Shown here piece by piece: positions 30,250 to 40,576 of a DNA stretch of 64,000 nt. Positions within the stretch are counted from its first letter, which is position 1, and the number at the start of each line of letters is the position of its first letter. The translations under genes were made by a program, and so were the position numbers. The stretch is from Acidobacteriota bacterium (GTDB taxonomy: Bacteria; Acidobacteriota; UBA6911; RPQK01; JAJDTT01), in assembly GCA_965209055.1 (NCBI GenBank), contig OZ242374.1, forward strand, positions 3,040,001-3,104,000. The letters are read 5' to 3'. The notes beneath the pieces were generated by a model, which was not told the DNA's origin, ran no database searches, and saw only the letters and a list, made by a program, of their open reading frames with translations.

Positions 30250-30683
30250 TGAAGCTGAGACGGAAACAGTCCGCAGCGCTGGTGCCCAGGATCCCCACCG
30301 CATCCATGGCGGATATTGCCTTTCTGCTCATCATTTTCTTCATGCTGACGACTTCCTTTTCTCCGGAACGGACCTCGGTGAGCCTGCCCGAGTCGGAGAT
30401 TCGGACCGAAGTGTCCAAGGATGCGGCCATCGTGGCGATCTCGCCCCAGGGCGAGATCAGCTTCACCGATGGGGAAACGACGGCGTTCCCACTGGCCACG
30501 GTCGCCGAGTTGGGGGAAGTGGTGAGGTCCCTGGTGGCCGTCATGCCCAGGAAGGAGTTTCTGATCAAGGCGGACCGGAGCGTCCGGTATCAGTTGGTGG
30601 ACGGTGTCCTGGAACAGTTGCGGACCAACGGCGCCCGCCGGATCGGACTCCTGACGGAGCGCGAGGTCAAGGAATCGGGCTGA
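30249..30683 (+). CDS. exbD: ExbD/TolR family protein (copy 1)
   Basis: SMADIAFLLIIFFML TM with the conserved Asp, and IKAD motif. Confidence 0.88.
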   Translation: MKLRRKQSAALVPRIPTASMADIAFLLIIFFMLTTSFSPERTSVSLPESEIRTEVSKDAAIVAISPQGEISFTDGETTAFPLATVAELGEVVRSLVAVMPRKEFLIKADRSVRYQLVDGVLEQLRTNGARRIGLLTEREVKESG

Positions 30684-31121
30684 ATGAAATTTCGAAGCCG
30701 CCTCCAGCGAAGCCCTGAGGTCCCGACCTCCTCCATGGCCGACATCGCCTTTCTGTTGATCATCTTCTTCATGCTGACGGCCGTCTTTACGTCCAACCGG
30801 GGGCTTCAGTTCGCTTTCCCCAAGGAGGATCCGACGCGGTTGGACGTCCAGCCCGAGGAGGCCGTTCACATCAAGATCACCGGTGAAGCCCAGTACCTGG
30901 TGGACAAGGTCCCCATGTCTCTGGAGGCCATGTCCAGCTACGTGCAGGGGAAAATGGGGCAGAACCCCAGCAAACCCGTGATCATTCAGACCCAGGGACA
31001 CGTCCCTTACCGGGTCATGATCGATGTCTTCGACCTCTTGAGACAGCTTGAGGTCAAGAACATCTCGGTGCCTACGGAGTCGGAAGTCGAGCGTTGGAAG
31101 GCATTCGGTGTTTTCGAGTGA
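30684..31121 (+). CDS. exbD: ExbD/TolR family protein (copy 2)
   Basis: SMADIAFLLIIFFML TM and a periplasmic domain. Confidence 0.88.
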   Translation: MKFRSRLQRSPEVPTSSMADIAFLLIIFFMLTAVFTSNRGLQFAFPKEDPTRLDVQPEEAVHIKITGEAQYLVDKVPMSLEAMSSYVQGKMGQNPSKPVIIQTQGHVPYRVMIDVFDLLRQLEVKNISVPTESEVERWKAFGVFE

Positions 31122-31140
31122 TGCCGTTGAAGGGGTGACC

Positions 31141-32124
31141 ATGCCGCCCGGACGCCGCCGCTGCCGAATCGGACTGCTATTGCTGGCACTGCTGCCCGGT
31201 ACTCCTCCGGTCTGGGGCCAAGGGGACTTCGGGAAGGGGATCTCCTTCTACAAGCAGGGGCAGTACGACAAGGCCATAGCGGAGTTCGAGGCGATCGTCG
31301 AGGAGCATTCCGACTATGAGAGCGGCCACCGGATTCTCGGGATCTCCTATCTGAAGACCAATCGGGCGGAAAAGGCCATCGAGTCCTTCAAGAAAGCGCT
31401 GGATCTCAAGGACGACGTCTACGCCTCGCATCAGGGACTGGGGATCGCCTACTACAACACGGGCAATTTTCAGGAAGCCGCGGCGGCGCTTGAAAGAGCG
31501 GAGGCATACGCCAAGTCGCCCGCGGACCGCTACCAACTGCACCACACCCGAGGAAGCGCCTACTACAATCTGGCCATGTACGACCGGGCCATCTCCGACC
31601 TGGAGCGGGCCGTTTCCATCCGCAGGGGCCAGTTCGACGACGTTCTCCAGCTCGGATTGGCCCACTACAGAATGAAGAGCTACGCACTGGCCGAAGGATT
31701 CCTGAAACAGGCCGTTGGGCTGGATCCGAATTCCGCCGAAGCCCGCAACCACCTCTCGCGCATCGTCTACCACAGGGGCGTTGCGTCCCTCGAGCAGGGC
31801 AACTATTCGGAAGCGGTCGCCACCTTGGGCGACTACCTGAAGGAGCAACCGGAAGACGGGGATGCCTGGTTCAACCTGGGGATCGCTCATCTCTTCTCCG
31901 AACACCTCCTGGCGGCGCAGGAAGCCTTTGTGAAGAGCAAGGAAATCGATCCGGACCGCTGGGAGACGCACAACCGGCTCGGCTATATCTACGAAATGAA
32001 CAACCAGTATTCGGAGGCTCTGGAACACTACAGGAAAGCTCACAGCCTCAGCCGGGACGGCGAGATCCAGGCGAGTGTCGAGCGGGTCCAGGAGCGGATT
32101 CGAAGACAGAGGGAACGAAGATAG
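31141..32124 (+). CDS. Exported TPR protein
   Basis: Signal peptide followed by about 8 TPR repeats (LGI.Y...G....A, AWFNLG). Confidence 0.88.
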   Translation: MPPGRRRCRIGLLLLALLPGTPPVWGQGDFGKGISFYKQGQYDKAIAEFEAIVEEHSDYESGHRILGISYLKTNRAEKAIESFKKALDLKDDVYASHQGLGIAYYNTGNFQEAAAALERAEAYAKSPADRYQLHHTRGSAYYNLAMYDRAISDLERAVSIRRGQFDDVLQLGLAHYRMKSYALAEGFLKQAVGLDPNSAEARNHLSRIVYHRGVASLEQGNYSEAVATLGDYLKEQPEDGDAWFNLGIAHLFSEHLLAAQEAFVKSKEIDPDRWETHNRLGYIYEMNNQYSEALEHYRKAHSLSRDGEIQASVERVQERIRRQRERR

Positions 32125-32153
32125 CGCCCGCCCGGTTCGTGTGACCATTGCTC

Positions 32154-33434
32154 ATGACCACCATCGCAGAAGTCCGGGCCAGAGAGGTCCTTGACTCCAG
32201 AGGAAACCCCACCGTCGAAGCCGATGTCGTGACCCGGGACGGTCACCTGGGGAGGGCTGCCGTGCCCTCCGGAGCCTCCACCGGTCTTCACGAAGCCAAA
32301 GAACTGCGGGACGCGGATCCGGCCCGGTTTCTGGGGAAGGGAGTCGGCCGGGCCGTCGAGAATATCCGGCGCGTCCTCGGGCCGGGTGTCAAAGGGCTGC
32401 CGGTCCTGGACCAGGCTCGTGTCGACCGCCGGATGATCGAATTGGACGGAACCGAGTCCAAGGAAAAGCTGGGGGCCAACGCCATCCTGGCGGTCTCCCT
32501 GGCCTGTGCCCGGGCCGCCGCCCAGTGCCGGGGCTGTTCGCTTTTCCGTTCTCTGGGCGGCGCCGAGGCCCGCCGCATGCCGGTTCCTCTCATGAACATC
32601 CTCAACGGTGGTGTGCACGGTCACCGGAACGTCGACTTCCAGGAGTTCATGGTGGTTCCGGTGTCCGCCGGCTCCTTCTCGCGCGCACTGCAGATGGGCG
32701 CCGAGGTGTTCCATCACCTGGGCCGGGTCCTGGAGCAGGACGGGCGCCCCACCACCGTCGGCGACGAGGGAGGATTCGCCCCCAACATGGAATCCAACGC
32801 CGAAGCGGTGAAACTGGTTCTGAAAGCCATCGAGTGGGCCGGCTACCGTCCCGGAGAGGACTTCTATCTGGCTCTCGACGTGGCCGCCAGCGAGCTTTAC
32901 CGGGACGGCCACTACGTTCTGCGGGGCCTCAATTACATGAGTTCGGAGGAGCTCGTCGACATGTACGCCAGTTGGCTGGACCTTTATCCCATCTGTTCCA
33001 TCGAGGACGGCCTGGCCGAAGACGACTGGGACGGATGGGCCCGGATGTCCCGCCAGTTGGGTCACCGCGTCCAACTGGTGGGCGACGATCTGTTCGTCAC
33101 CCATCCGGGCCGGTTGCAACGGGGCATCGATTCCGGCGTCGCCAACTCCATACTCATCAAGCTGAATCAAATTGGGACCCTGACCGAGACGGTCGAAACC
33201 GTCGGTCTGGCTCGCGAGAATGGTTACAGTTGGATCGTCTCGCATCGTTCGGGCGAAACGGAGGACGCTTTCATAGCGGACCTGTCCGTGGCGACCAACG
33301 CCGTTCAGATCAAGGCGGGATCGGCCTGCAGGTCCGACCGGGTGGCGAAATACAATCAGTTGTTGAGAATCGAGGAGGAACTGGGCGACCGAGCCCTCTA
33401 CTCCAGCACTGAACTCACGCACGATGGTCCCTGA
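32154..33434 (+). CDS. eno: Enolase
   Basis: [34 protein letters not shown] and [13 protein letters not shown]. Confidence 0.98.
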   Translation: MTTIAEVRAREVLDSRGNPTVEADVVTRDGHLGRAAVPSGASTGLHEAKELRDADPARFLGKGVGRAVENIRRVLGPGVKGLPVLDQARVDRRMIELDGTESKEKLGANAILAVSLACARAAAQCRGCSLFRSLGGAEARRMPVPLMNILNGGVHGHRNVDFQEFMVVPVSAGSFSRALQMGAEVFHHLGRVLEQDGRPTTVGDEGGFAPNMESNAEAVKLVLKAIEWAGYRPGEDFYLALDVAASELYRDGHYVLRGLNYMSSEELVDMYASWLDLYPICSIEDGLAEDDWDGWARMSRQLGHRVQLVGDDLFVTHPGRLQRGIDSGVANSILIKLNQIGTLTETVETVGLARENGYSWIVSHRSGETEDAFIADLSVATNAVQIKAGSACRSDRVAKYNQLLRIEEELGDRALYSSTELTHDGP

Positions 33435-33494
33435 CCGGGCAGGAGCTTGCCTGAGAAAAACCGCCGTTTGACCCTCTATCTGCCGCACTGAATC

Positions 33495-35030
33495 ATGTCG
33501 ACACCCCCCGTGGTTCTTCTGGCCGTCCTGGATGGTTGGGGATTGCGAGACGGCCGGGAAGGGAATGCCATCGCCCAGGCCCGGCTCCCCACCATGGAGA
33601 GGCTCTGCTCGCGCTACGCCTGGACCCGCCTGGCGGCCAGCGGCGGGCGTGTCGGCCTGCCCCCGGGCCAGATGGGCAACAGCGAAGTCGGCCACTTGAA
33701 TCTGGGGGCCGGACGGGTTGTCCCGCAGGATCTGACCCGAATCGATCGAGCCATCCAGACCGGGCGGTTCGACGGCAACTCGAGCCTGCGATCCGTCATG
33801 GAAACGGCTCGCCACACGGCGCTTCACCTGGTCGGCCTGGTCTCCGACGGGGGTGTGCACAGCCACATCCGGCACCTGCTGGCGTTGCTGCGGCTGGCCA
33901 GGAAGGAGCATGTCGAGAAGGTATGGATCCACGCCATCCTGGACGGGAGGGACGCGAGTCCCACCGCCGGAGTGACCTACCTGGAGCAGTTGCGGGCAGA
34001 GACCATGAGGCTGGGAACCGGAGCCTTGGCTTCCGTCGGCGGCCGCTACTACGCCATGGATCGCGACAACCGTTGGGAACGGGTGGAGAAGGCCTACCGG
34101 TGCATGGTCGAGGGTCGCGGAGGGCGAGGCTGGCGGAATCCGATTCAGGGTGTAGCGGAGTCCTATCGAAAGGGTGTCTACGATGAGTTCGTCGTCCCGT
34201 TTCCGGTTGTGGACTCCCTCGGCCGTCCGGTGGGTCCCATAGATCCCGATCATGCGGCGATTTTCTTCAACTTCCGTGCCGACCGGGCCCGCCAACTCAC
34301 GCACGCGCTGACCGAAGACGATTTCCAGGCCTTTCCCCGGAACCGGGGGCCCATGACACACCTTCTCACCATGACGCGGTATCGTCTCGACTGGTCCCTG
34401 CCGGCGGCTTTCCCTTACGTTCCGGTTCGTCAGACGCTGGCCCAGCTCCTGAGCTCCCATGGCGTTTCCAATCTGCGCCTCGCGGAGACGGAAAAGTACG
34501 CCCACGTCACCTATTTCTTCAACGGAGGAGTGGAGGAGCCTCCGGAAGGCGAGACCCGGGTGCTGATCCCATCTCCGAAGGTGGCCACGTACGATCTCCA
34601 ACCCTGGATGAGCGCCGCCGAGATCACCGACCGGCTGCTCGAAGAGCTGGAACACGGCGTCTTTCCCGCCATGGTGGTCAATTTTGCCAACGCCGACATG
34701 GTGGGACACACGGGAGACCTGGCGGCGACCGTCCAGGCGGTGGAAGCCGTCGACTCCTGCCTGGGCCGAATCTACCGAAAGATCCGGAAAACCGGAGGCG
34801 TCATGGCCGTCACGGCAGACCATGGGAACGCAGAGTTTATGGTGGACACGAAAACGGGTCAGCCCCACACGGCGCACACCAGTCACCCGGTGCCGTTTAT
34901 TCTGGTCGATTCTCAGAACCGGACGGCATTGAGGCCGGACGGAGCTCTGGAGGATGTCGCCCCCACGCTGCTCGAATATCTGGACTTGCCGCAGCCGAAG
35001 GAAATGTCCGGCAGATCCCTGTTGAGATAG
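33495..35030 (+). CDS. gpmI: 2,3-bisphosphoglycerate-independent phosphoglycerate mutase
   Basis: LDGWG, GQMGNSEVGH, AETEKYAHVT, NADMVGHTG and TADHGN. Confidence 0.98.
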   Translation: MSTPPVVLLAVLDGWGLRDGREGNAIAQARLPTMERLCSRYAWTRLAASGGRVGLPPGQMGNSEVGHLNLGAGRVVPQDLTRIDRAIQTGRFDGNSSLRSVMETARHTALHLVGLVSDGGVHSHIRHLLALLRLARKEHVEKVWIHAILDGRDASPTAGVTYLEQLRAETMRLGTGALASVGGRYYAMDRDNRWERVEKAYRCMVEGRGGRGWRNPIQGVAESYRKGVYDEFVVPFPVVDSLGRPVGPIDPDHAAIFFNFRADRARQLTHALTEDDFQAFPRNRGPMTHLLTMTRYRLDWSLPAAFPYVPVRQTLAQLLSSHGVSNLRLAETEKYAHVTYFFNGGVEEPPEGETRVLIPSPKVATYDLQPWMSAAEITDRLLEELEHGVFPAMVVNFANADMVGHTGDLAATVQAVEAVDSCLGRIYRKIRKTGGVMAVTADHGNAEFMVDTKTGQPHTAHTSHPVPFILVDSQNRTALRPDGALEDVAPTLLEYLDLPQPKEMSGRSLLR

Positions 35031-35044
35031 CTGGGCAGTTCCCC

Positions 35045-36130
35045 ATGGACGTGAGCATCGTCATCCCGACATGGAACGGAATCGCCCTGTTGCGGGAGAC
35101 TCTGCCCTCGGTGTGCGAGGCCGCCGGGTTCTACCGCCGCGAGAGCCATTGCCGGACCGAGATCCTGGTCGTGGATGACGGCAGTGAAGACGAGACCCGG
35201 AAGGTCCTGCCGGCCGAGTTTCCCCAGGTCCGGCTCATCGAGTCCCCCTCGAATCGCGGATTCGCGCCGGCCTGCAACCTCGGATTCGAGCACGCCCGCT
35301 TTCCCCTGGTGGCGCTCTTGAACAACGACGTGAAGGTGGAGCCCGATTACCTGCTGCGCCAGATCCCGCATTTTCAGGACCCGGAGGTGATGGCGGTCAC
35401 GGCCCGGGTTTTCTCCTGGGACGGAGACGAGTTCACGGCGGGAGGACGGTTCGGCCGTTTCCGGCGAGGGTTCTGGAGCGTCTATCTGAACTATGACGTC
35501 GACCCGCACAGCGCCCGCGCTGAACTGCAGGATCGCCGATGGCTGTCGGCTTATGCCGTCGGCGGTTTCGCTACCTACGACCGCCGGAAGCTCCAGGAGC
35601 TGGGAGGCTTCAACACCCTCCTCGCTCCCTTTCACTGGGAGGACGTCGACCTGTCCTACCGCGGATGGAAGCGTGGTTGGAAGATCCACTACGAACCGGA
35701 CAGTGTCGCCTATCACCGGATCAGCGCCACCATCGGCAGCCGGTTCCGGCCTCGAAGGGTCCAGACCGTAGCGGTGCGGAACCGGCTCCTGTTCCATTGG
35801 ATCAATCTCCATTCCACCGGTTACTGGATTCGCCACCTGGTGGGACTCGCAGGCCTCCTGCTGACCCGGTTCATGGTGCTCGATGGCGCCTTTTACCGTT
35901 CCTTCCTGGGCGCTCTCTCCCGGATTCCCGAAGTGAGGAGGATGCGGCGGCGGGAGCGGGACCGTGCGCGGCGATCCGATGTGGAGATCTCCCGGTTATT
36001 GAGCGCTTTCTATCGGACCGCGCCGATTCGGGTGTACCGGGGCAGCAGCGAGGTCCGGGCGGAGCATCCGGGTCTGGAAAAAGCTCCCGCCGTCGAGGCC
36101 GGTTCGTCTCGTCCCGGTTCGATTGTATGA
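35045..36130 (+). CDS. Glycosyltransferase family 2
   Basis: SIVIPTWN, VVDDGS, NRGFAPACN, LLNND and EDVDLSYR. Confidence 0.92.
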   Translation: MDVSIVIPTWNGIALLRETLPSVCEAAGFYRRESHCRTEILVVDDGSEDETRKVLPAEFPQVRLIESPSNRGFAPACNLGFEHARFPLVALLNNDVKVEPDYLLRQIPHFQDPEVMAVTARVFSWDGDEFTAGGRFGRFRRGFWSVYLNYDVDPHSARAELQDRRWLSAYAVGGFATYDRRKLQELGGFNTLLAPFHWEDVDLSYRGWKRGWKIHYEPDSVAYHRISATIGSRFRPRRVQTVAVRNRLLFHWINLHSTGYWIRHLVGLAGLLLTRFMVLDGAFYRSFLGALSRIPEVRRMRRRERDRARRSDVEISRLLSAFYRTAPIRVYRGSSEVRAEHPGLEKAPAVEAGSSRPGSIV

Positions 36131-36186
36131 TCTGAGGATCTGAACTCCATGTCAGGGGGTGAAGTGATCGGGATGGGGCAAGTCTC

Positions 36187-36963
36187 TTGAAAAAGCTCTC
36201 CGGCGTCGTCATCAGCTACAACGAGGAGGAAAAAATCGACGCTGCACTGAGCAGCCTTCAGGACGTGAGCGACGAGATCGTGGTCGTGGATTCCTTCAGC
36301 TCGGACGGGACCGAAGCCATTTGCCGCCGTTTTACGGATCGATTTCTCCAACGCGCGTGGTCCGGCTACCGCGACCAGAAGCAGTACGCGACGCACCAAG
36401 CCTCTTTCGACTGGGTCCTGAGCCTGGACGCGGACGAAGTTCTGAGTCCGGAGCTGCAGCGGGAAGTGCTCCTCTGGAAGTCCGGAAAGGATGACGGAAT
36501 CGACGGCTACTACCTGTCCCGCAAGACTTTCTTTCTGGGGCGATGGATCGAGCACACGACCTGGTATCCCGATTGGCAGATGAGGCTCTTTCGACGGTCC
36601 GCGGGACGGTGGGAGGGAGGACGGGTCCATGAGTCGTTCCGGGTCAAAGGGTCCACCGGCCAGCTTTCGGGAGATCTGCACCACCACACCTACGCTTCCC
36701 TGAGCGAGTATCTGCGGCAGTTGGAGCGGTTCACCAACTTGGCGGCAGCCGACTATTTCGATGCCGGCGTTCGAGCCGGACCAGCGAAGCTGTTGCTGTA
36801 CCCCCCTTGGGTATTCTTTCGCAATTACGTCCTGCACCGCGGTTTTCAGGACGGCGTTCCCGGGCTGGCCGTGTCTTTCCTCTCTGCCATGTCCACATTC
36901 TTCAAGTATCTCAAGCTGTGGGAACTGGCCGCAGGAGACCCGAAGCGGGCGGGTGACGGGTAG
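36187..36963 (+). CDS. Glycosyltransferase family 2 (WaaE/KdtX-like)
   Basis: YNEEE, VVDSFSSDGT, WVLSLDADE, WYPD and VHE. Confidence 0.92.
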   Translation: MKKLSGVVISYNEEEKIDAALSSLQDVSDEIVVVDSFSSDGTEAICRRFTDRFLQRAWSGYRDQKQYATHQASFDWVLSLDADEVLSPELQREVLLWKSGKDDGIDGYYLSRKTFFLGRWIEHTTWYPDWQMRLFRRSAGRWEGGRVHESFRVKGSTGQLSGDLHHHTYASLSEYLRQLERFTNLAAADYFDAGVRAGPAKLLLYPPWVFFRNYVLHRGFQDGVPGLAVSFLSAMSTFFKYLKLWELAAGDPKRAGDG

Positions 36964-36964
36964 C

Positions 36965-38071
36965 GTGAAGAGTCCTTTGCGGATCCTCTATGTGGATACC
37001 GAGAGTTTCTGGCGGGGAGGCCAGGAGCAACTCTTCAGCCTGATGGTGGGAATCCGGAAACGGGGCCACGTTGTGGAGCTGGCGGCGCCGGCCGGGAGCC
37101 CGCTGGCGAACCGGGCCCGGGATGCGGGCATCCCCGCCCACAGCTTTACCCAGCGGAGTGAGCTGAGCCTTGCCGCGGCTTGGAAGCTGACACGGATCAT
37201 GGGATCCGGAACGGTGGACCTGCTCCACTACAATACGCCCCGTCCGGTGCTGGCCGGCAAACTGGCGGCTCTGATCTCCGGAGTCTCCGTTCTGGTCGCC
37301 TCCCGCCGGGTCAATTTTCCGTTGCGCTCCGGGTTCAGCCGCATCAAGTACAACCGGCTCCTCGACCGGGTGGTCACCGTCTCCGGGAGCATTCAGCGGA
37401 CGCTGGTTCAAAACGGCGTCCGGCCCGAGCGGGTCTCGGTAGTTTACGAGGGGGTGGACCTGCGGTCCGTGGACAGGCTCCCACACACGTCGGTGTTGCC
37501 GCCGCGATCAGGTCTCGTCGTCGGGGTCGTCGCCCACCTGAGCCCCGAGAAGGGGCACGTGACGGTGCTGAAGGCCGCGGCTCGGTTGCGGGAGAGGTTT
37601 CCCGGCGTCACGTATGTCTTTGTCGGCGGCGGGGAGCGCAGGCAGATGCTGGAGGAGCGGGCTCGCGCCCTGAACGTCGCGGACCGGGTCCTGTTCACCG
37701 GCTTTCGGAAAGACAGCGACGCGATGATGCGGGAATTCGACGTCTTCTGTCTGGCATCACTGTCCGAAGGGCTCAGCTCCGCCATTCTCGCCGCAATGGC
37801 CCGTCCGCTGCCCGTCGTGGCCACTCGCGTCGGCGGGATTCCGGAGCTGGTGGTGGATGGAAGCACGGGTCTGCTGGTCCCCCCGGGCCGGCCGGACAAG
37901 TTGGCCGAGGCGCTGGCCAAGGTGCTGTCGTCCGCCTCGTTGAGACGGCGAATGAGGGAAGCCGGCCGGAAGCGGGTGGCCGAGTATTTCACCCTGGAAC
38001 GGAAGCTGGATGAGACCGAGCGGCTCTATCTGGAACTGGCGAAGATGCGGCGGCCGAGTCGCTTGAGTTGA
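36965..38071 (+). CDS. Glycosyltransferase family 4
   Basis: WRGGQEQ, EKGH, SLSEGL and PVVATRVGGIPE; GTG start at 36965. Confidence 0.92.
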   Translation: MKSPLRILYVDTESFWRGGQEQLFSLMVGIRKRGHVVELAAPAGSPLANRARDAGIPAHSFTQRSELSLAAAWKLTRIMGSGTVDLLHYNTPRPVLAGKLAALISGVSVLVASRRVNFPLRSGFSRIKYNRLLDRVVTVSGSIQRTLVQNGVRPERVSVVYEGVDLRSVDRLPHTSVLPPRSGLVVGVVAHLSPEKGHVTVLKAAARLRERFPGVTYVFVGGGERRQMLEERARALNVADRVLFTGFRKDSDAMMREFDVFCLASLSEGLSSAILAAMARPLPVVATRVGGIPELVVDGSTGLLVPPGRPDKLAEALAKVLSSASLRRRMREAGRKRVAEYFTLERKLDETERLYLELAKMRRPSRLS

Positions 38072-38185
38072 CAGGCTGCGGGAAAGTTCCCGCGCGGCAA
38101 GGCAGTCCGCCGAAGCGCGGATCCGGTCGAATGCCGTGACGGCATTTGCCGCCGGCTGGTAAGATGTGCCGGGATTTGGAAGGCC

Positions 38186-38944
38186 ATGAAGGGAGTCATT
38201 CTCGCAGGTGGACTCGGCACCAGATTGTGGCCCCTGACCAAGGTGACCAACAAGCACCTGTTGCCGGTCTACGACAAGCCCATGATCTACTACCCGCTGG
38301 AAATGCTGGTCGAAGCCGGCATCGACGAGATCATGCTGGTGACGGGGGGCAACAAAGCGGGTGACTTTCTCCGCCTGCTGGGCAGCGGCCAGGAGTTCGG
38401 TCTCAGACAGATCCACTTCGGTTACCAGGAGGGAGAAGGGGGGATCGCGGACGCGCTCTCTCTGGCCCGGCATTTCGCCGGGGACGACCTGATCTGCGTC
38501 GTGCTGGGCGACAACATTCTTGAAAAATCCATCGCGCCCTTCGTGCGTAGCTTCCTCCGGCAGGGCCGGGGCGCCAAGATCCTCTTGAAGAAAGTGCCCG
38601 ATCCCCAACGTTTCGGAGTGCCGGAGTTGAACGGCGACCGGGTCGTACGCATTACCGAGAAGCCGTCCAGACCCGCCTCTCCGTACGCGGTGACGGGAGT
38701 GTACATGTACGACAGCCGGGTCTTCGACATCATTGACACCCTCTCGCCTTCCGACCGGGGAGAGCTGGAGATTACGGACGTCAACAACCGGTACATCGAG
38801 TCGAACGAGTTGACGTACAATGTCATCGACGGCTGGTGGACGGACGCGGGAACCATCGAGTCCCTGATGCGCGCCGCGAACCTGGTGGCGGAGGATGCTG
38901 GAGCACCCGCGCGCCTTGAAGTCGAGATGCTCGCCAATCCTTGA
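38186..38944 (+). CDS. rfbA: Glucose-1-phosphate thymidylyltransferase (short RmlA/SpsI-like)
   Basis: GVILAGGLGTRL, LLPVYDKPMIYYP, LGDN and RGELEITD. Confidence 0.88.
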   Translation: MKGVILAGGLGTRLWPLTKVTNKHLLPVYDKPMIYYPLEMLVEAGIDEIMLVTGGNKAGDFLRLLGSGQEFGLRQIHFGYQEGEGGIADALSLARHFAGDDLICVVLGDNILEKSIAPFVRSFLRQGRGAKILLKKVPDPQRFGVPELNGDRVVRITEKPSRPASPYAVTGVYMYDSRVFDIIDTLSPSDRGELEITDVNNRYIESNELTYNVIDGWWTDAGTIESLMRAANLVAEDAGAPARLEVEMLANP

Positions 38945-39044
38945 CATCCCGTGCGGCACTCCCGTATGAACCCCCGGGAAACGTGGGCCGGCACCGGGAC
39001 CGGAAACACGATCGGGATTCGGTTTTCTTGAGTGGTGGCTTCAG

Positions 39045-40070
39045 ATGAAATTGTTGGTCACCGGTGGAGCAGGCTTCATCGGCTCGAATTTCATCCGCCA
39101 CATTCTGAGCCGCCGCGGTTTTCAGGTCGTCAATTTCGATCTCCTCACCTATGCCGGGAACCTCCAGAACCTGGCCGGTCTGGGGGCCGGTGACGACTAC
39201 CGCTTCATCCGGGGCGACATTGCCTCCAGGCCGCAGGTCGCCGGGGCTCTGGATCCCGGAATCGACGCCATCGTCCACTTCGCCGCCGAGAGCCACGTGG
39301 ACCGGAGCATTCTGGATGCTTCCGCGTTTGTCCGCACCAACGTGCTGGGTACCCAGAACCTGTTGGAGGCGGCGCGCCGCAATGGGGTTTCCCGTTTCAT
39401 CCACGTGTCCACCGATGAGGTTTACGGTTCGCTGCCCGGCGTCGGAGAGTTCACCGAGGATTCTCCGCTGGCTCCCAACAGTCCCTATGCCGCCAGCAAA
39501 GCGGCCGCCGACCTGCTGGCCAGGGCCTACCACCGGACTTATGGCCTGGGCGTGGTTACGACCCGTTGCGGGAACAATTACGGTCCCTATCAATTTCCGG
39601 AGAAGCTGATTCCGCTGATGGTCTCCAACGCGCTGGACGATGAACCGCTCCCCTTGTACGGAGACGGTCTGTATACCCGGGACTGGATCCATGTCCTGGA
39701 CCATTGCCGCGCCCTGGAGTCGATACTGCTCGAGGGCCGGGAGGGGGCGGTCTACAACATCGGAGCCCACGGGGAACGGACCAACCTGGAAGTGGCGCGC
39801 CGAATCCTTGGTATCCTGGGAAAGCCTGAAGACCTGATCTCCTTCGTGGCCGACCGGCCGGCGCACGACCGGAGGTACGCCGTGGACAGCAGTCGTCTGC
39901 GGCTGGAGTTGGGATGGTCTCCCCGGATTTCCTTCGAGGAAGGGTTGGACGAGACGGTGCGGTGGTACCGCGATCATCCCCAATGGGTGGACGGGGTTCG
40001 AAGCGGCGATTACCGGCACTACTACCGCATGGTCTACGGGAACCGGGACCGGACCCTGTCCAGCCTATAG
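39045..40070 (+). CDS. rfbB: dTDP-glucose 4,6-dehydratase
   Basis: TGGAGFIGSN, HFAAESHVDRS, STDEVYG, PYAASK and HDRRYA. Confidence 0.96.
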   Translation: MKLLVTGGAGFIGSNFIRHILSRRGFQVVNFDLLTYAGNLQNLAGLGAGDDYRFIRGDIASRPQVAGALDPGIDAIVHFAAESHVDRSILDASAFVRTNVLGTQNLLEAARRNGVSRFIHVSTDEVYGSLPGVGEFTEDSPLAPNSPYAASKAAADLLARAYHRTYGLGVVTTRCGNNYGPYQFPEKLIPLMVSNALDDEPLPLYGDGLYTRDWIHVLDHCRALESILLEGREGAVYNIGAHGERTNLEVARRILGILGKPEDLISFVADRPAHDRRYAVDSSRLRLELGWSPRISFEEGLDETVRWYRDHPQWVDGVRSGDYRHYYRMVYGNRDRTLSSL

Positions 40071-40126
40071 CCGGCAGCCCTTGAAGACATGCAGCGGACT
40101 GCCGGGTTCGCACTGTTGGAGGAGTC

Positions 40127-40576
40127 GTGAACCGCGGTTCGGTGACCAGAAACAAGAAGGCCTTCCACAACTATGAGATCCGGGAGAGGTACCACGCCGG
40201 AATGGTGCTGCTGGGGACCGAGATCAAGGCGATCCGCGATCATCAGGTCAGCCTTGCCGACAGCTATGCCAGGATCAGGGATGGCGAGGTCTGGTTGGAG
40301 AATTGCCACATCGGACCCTACCGTCACGGCAATTTGGCCAATCACGAACCCTTGAGGCCCCGGAAGCTGTTGCTGCACCGAAGAGAGATCAGCCGGTTGA
40401 CGGGCGCCGTCGCCCACAAGGGTTTCACCCTGGTCCCGCTGGCGCTCTATTTTGAAAAGGGAAGGGCCAAGCTCGAGCTGGGGGTCGCTCGAGGAAAACG
40501 TCTCTACGACAAACGGGAGGCGGCCCGGCGCCGCGCCGTCGACCGGGACATGGCACAGGAGTTGAAACGTCGATGA
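40127..40576 (+). CDS. smpB: SsrA-binding protein
   Basis: NKKAFHNY, GTEIKAIR, RKLLLH and GKRLYDKRE. Confidence 0.97.
   Translation: MNRGSVTRNKKAFHNYEIRERYHAGMVLLGTEIKAIRDHQVSLADSYARIRDGEVWLENCHIGPYRHGNLANHEPLRPRKLLLHRREISRLTGAVAHKGFTLVPLALYFEKGRAKLELGVARGKRLYDKREAARRRAVDRDMAQELKRR

Noticed and set aside
32040-34886. Long antisense ORFs (948 aa here; also 59427-62270, 44390-46507, 22967-24799, 17685-19439)
   Set aside because: These are shadow frames of well-supported genes in GC-rich DNA, with no recognisable motifs.
40071-40576. tmRNA adjacent to smpB
   Set aside because: There is no intergenic space and no tmRNA termini are seen.
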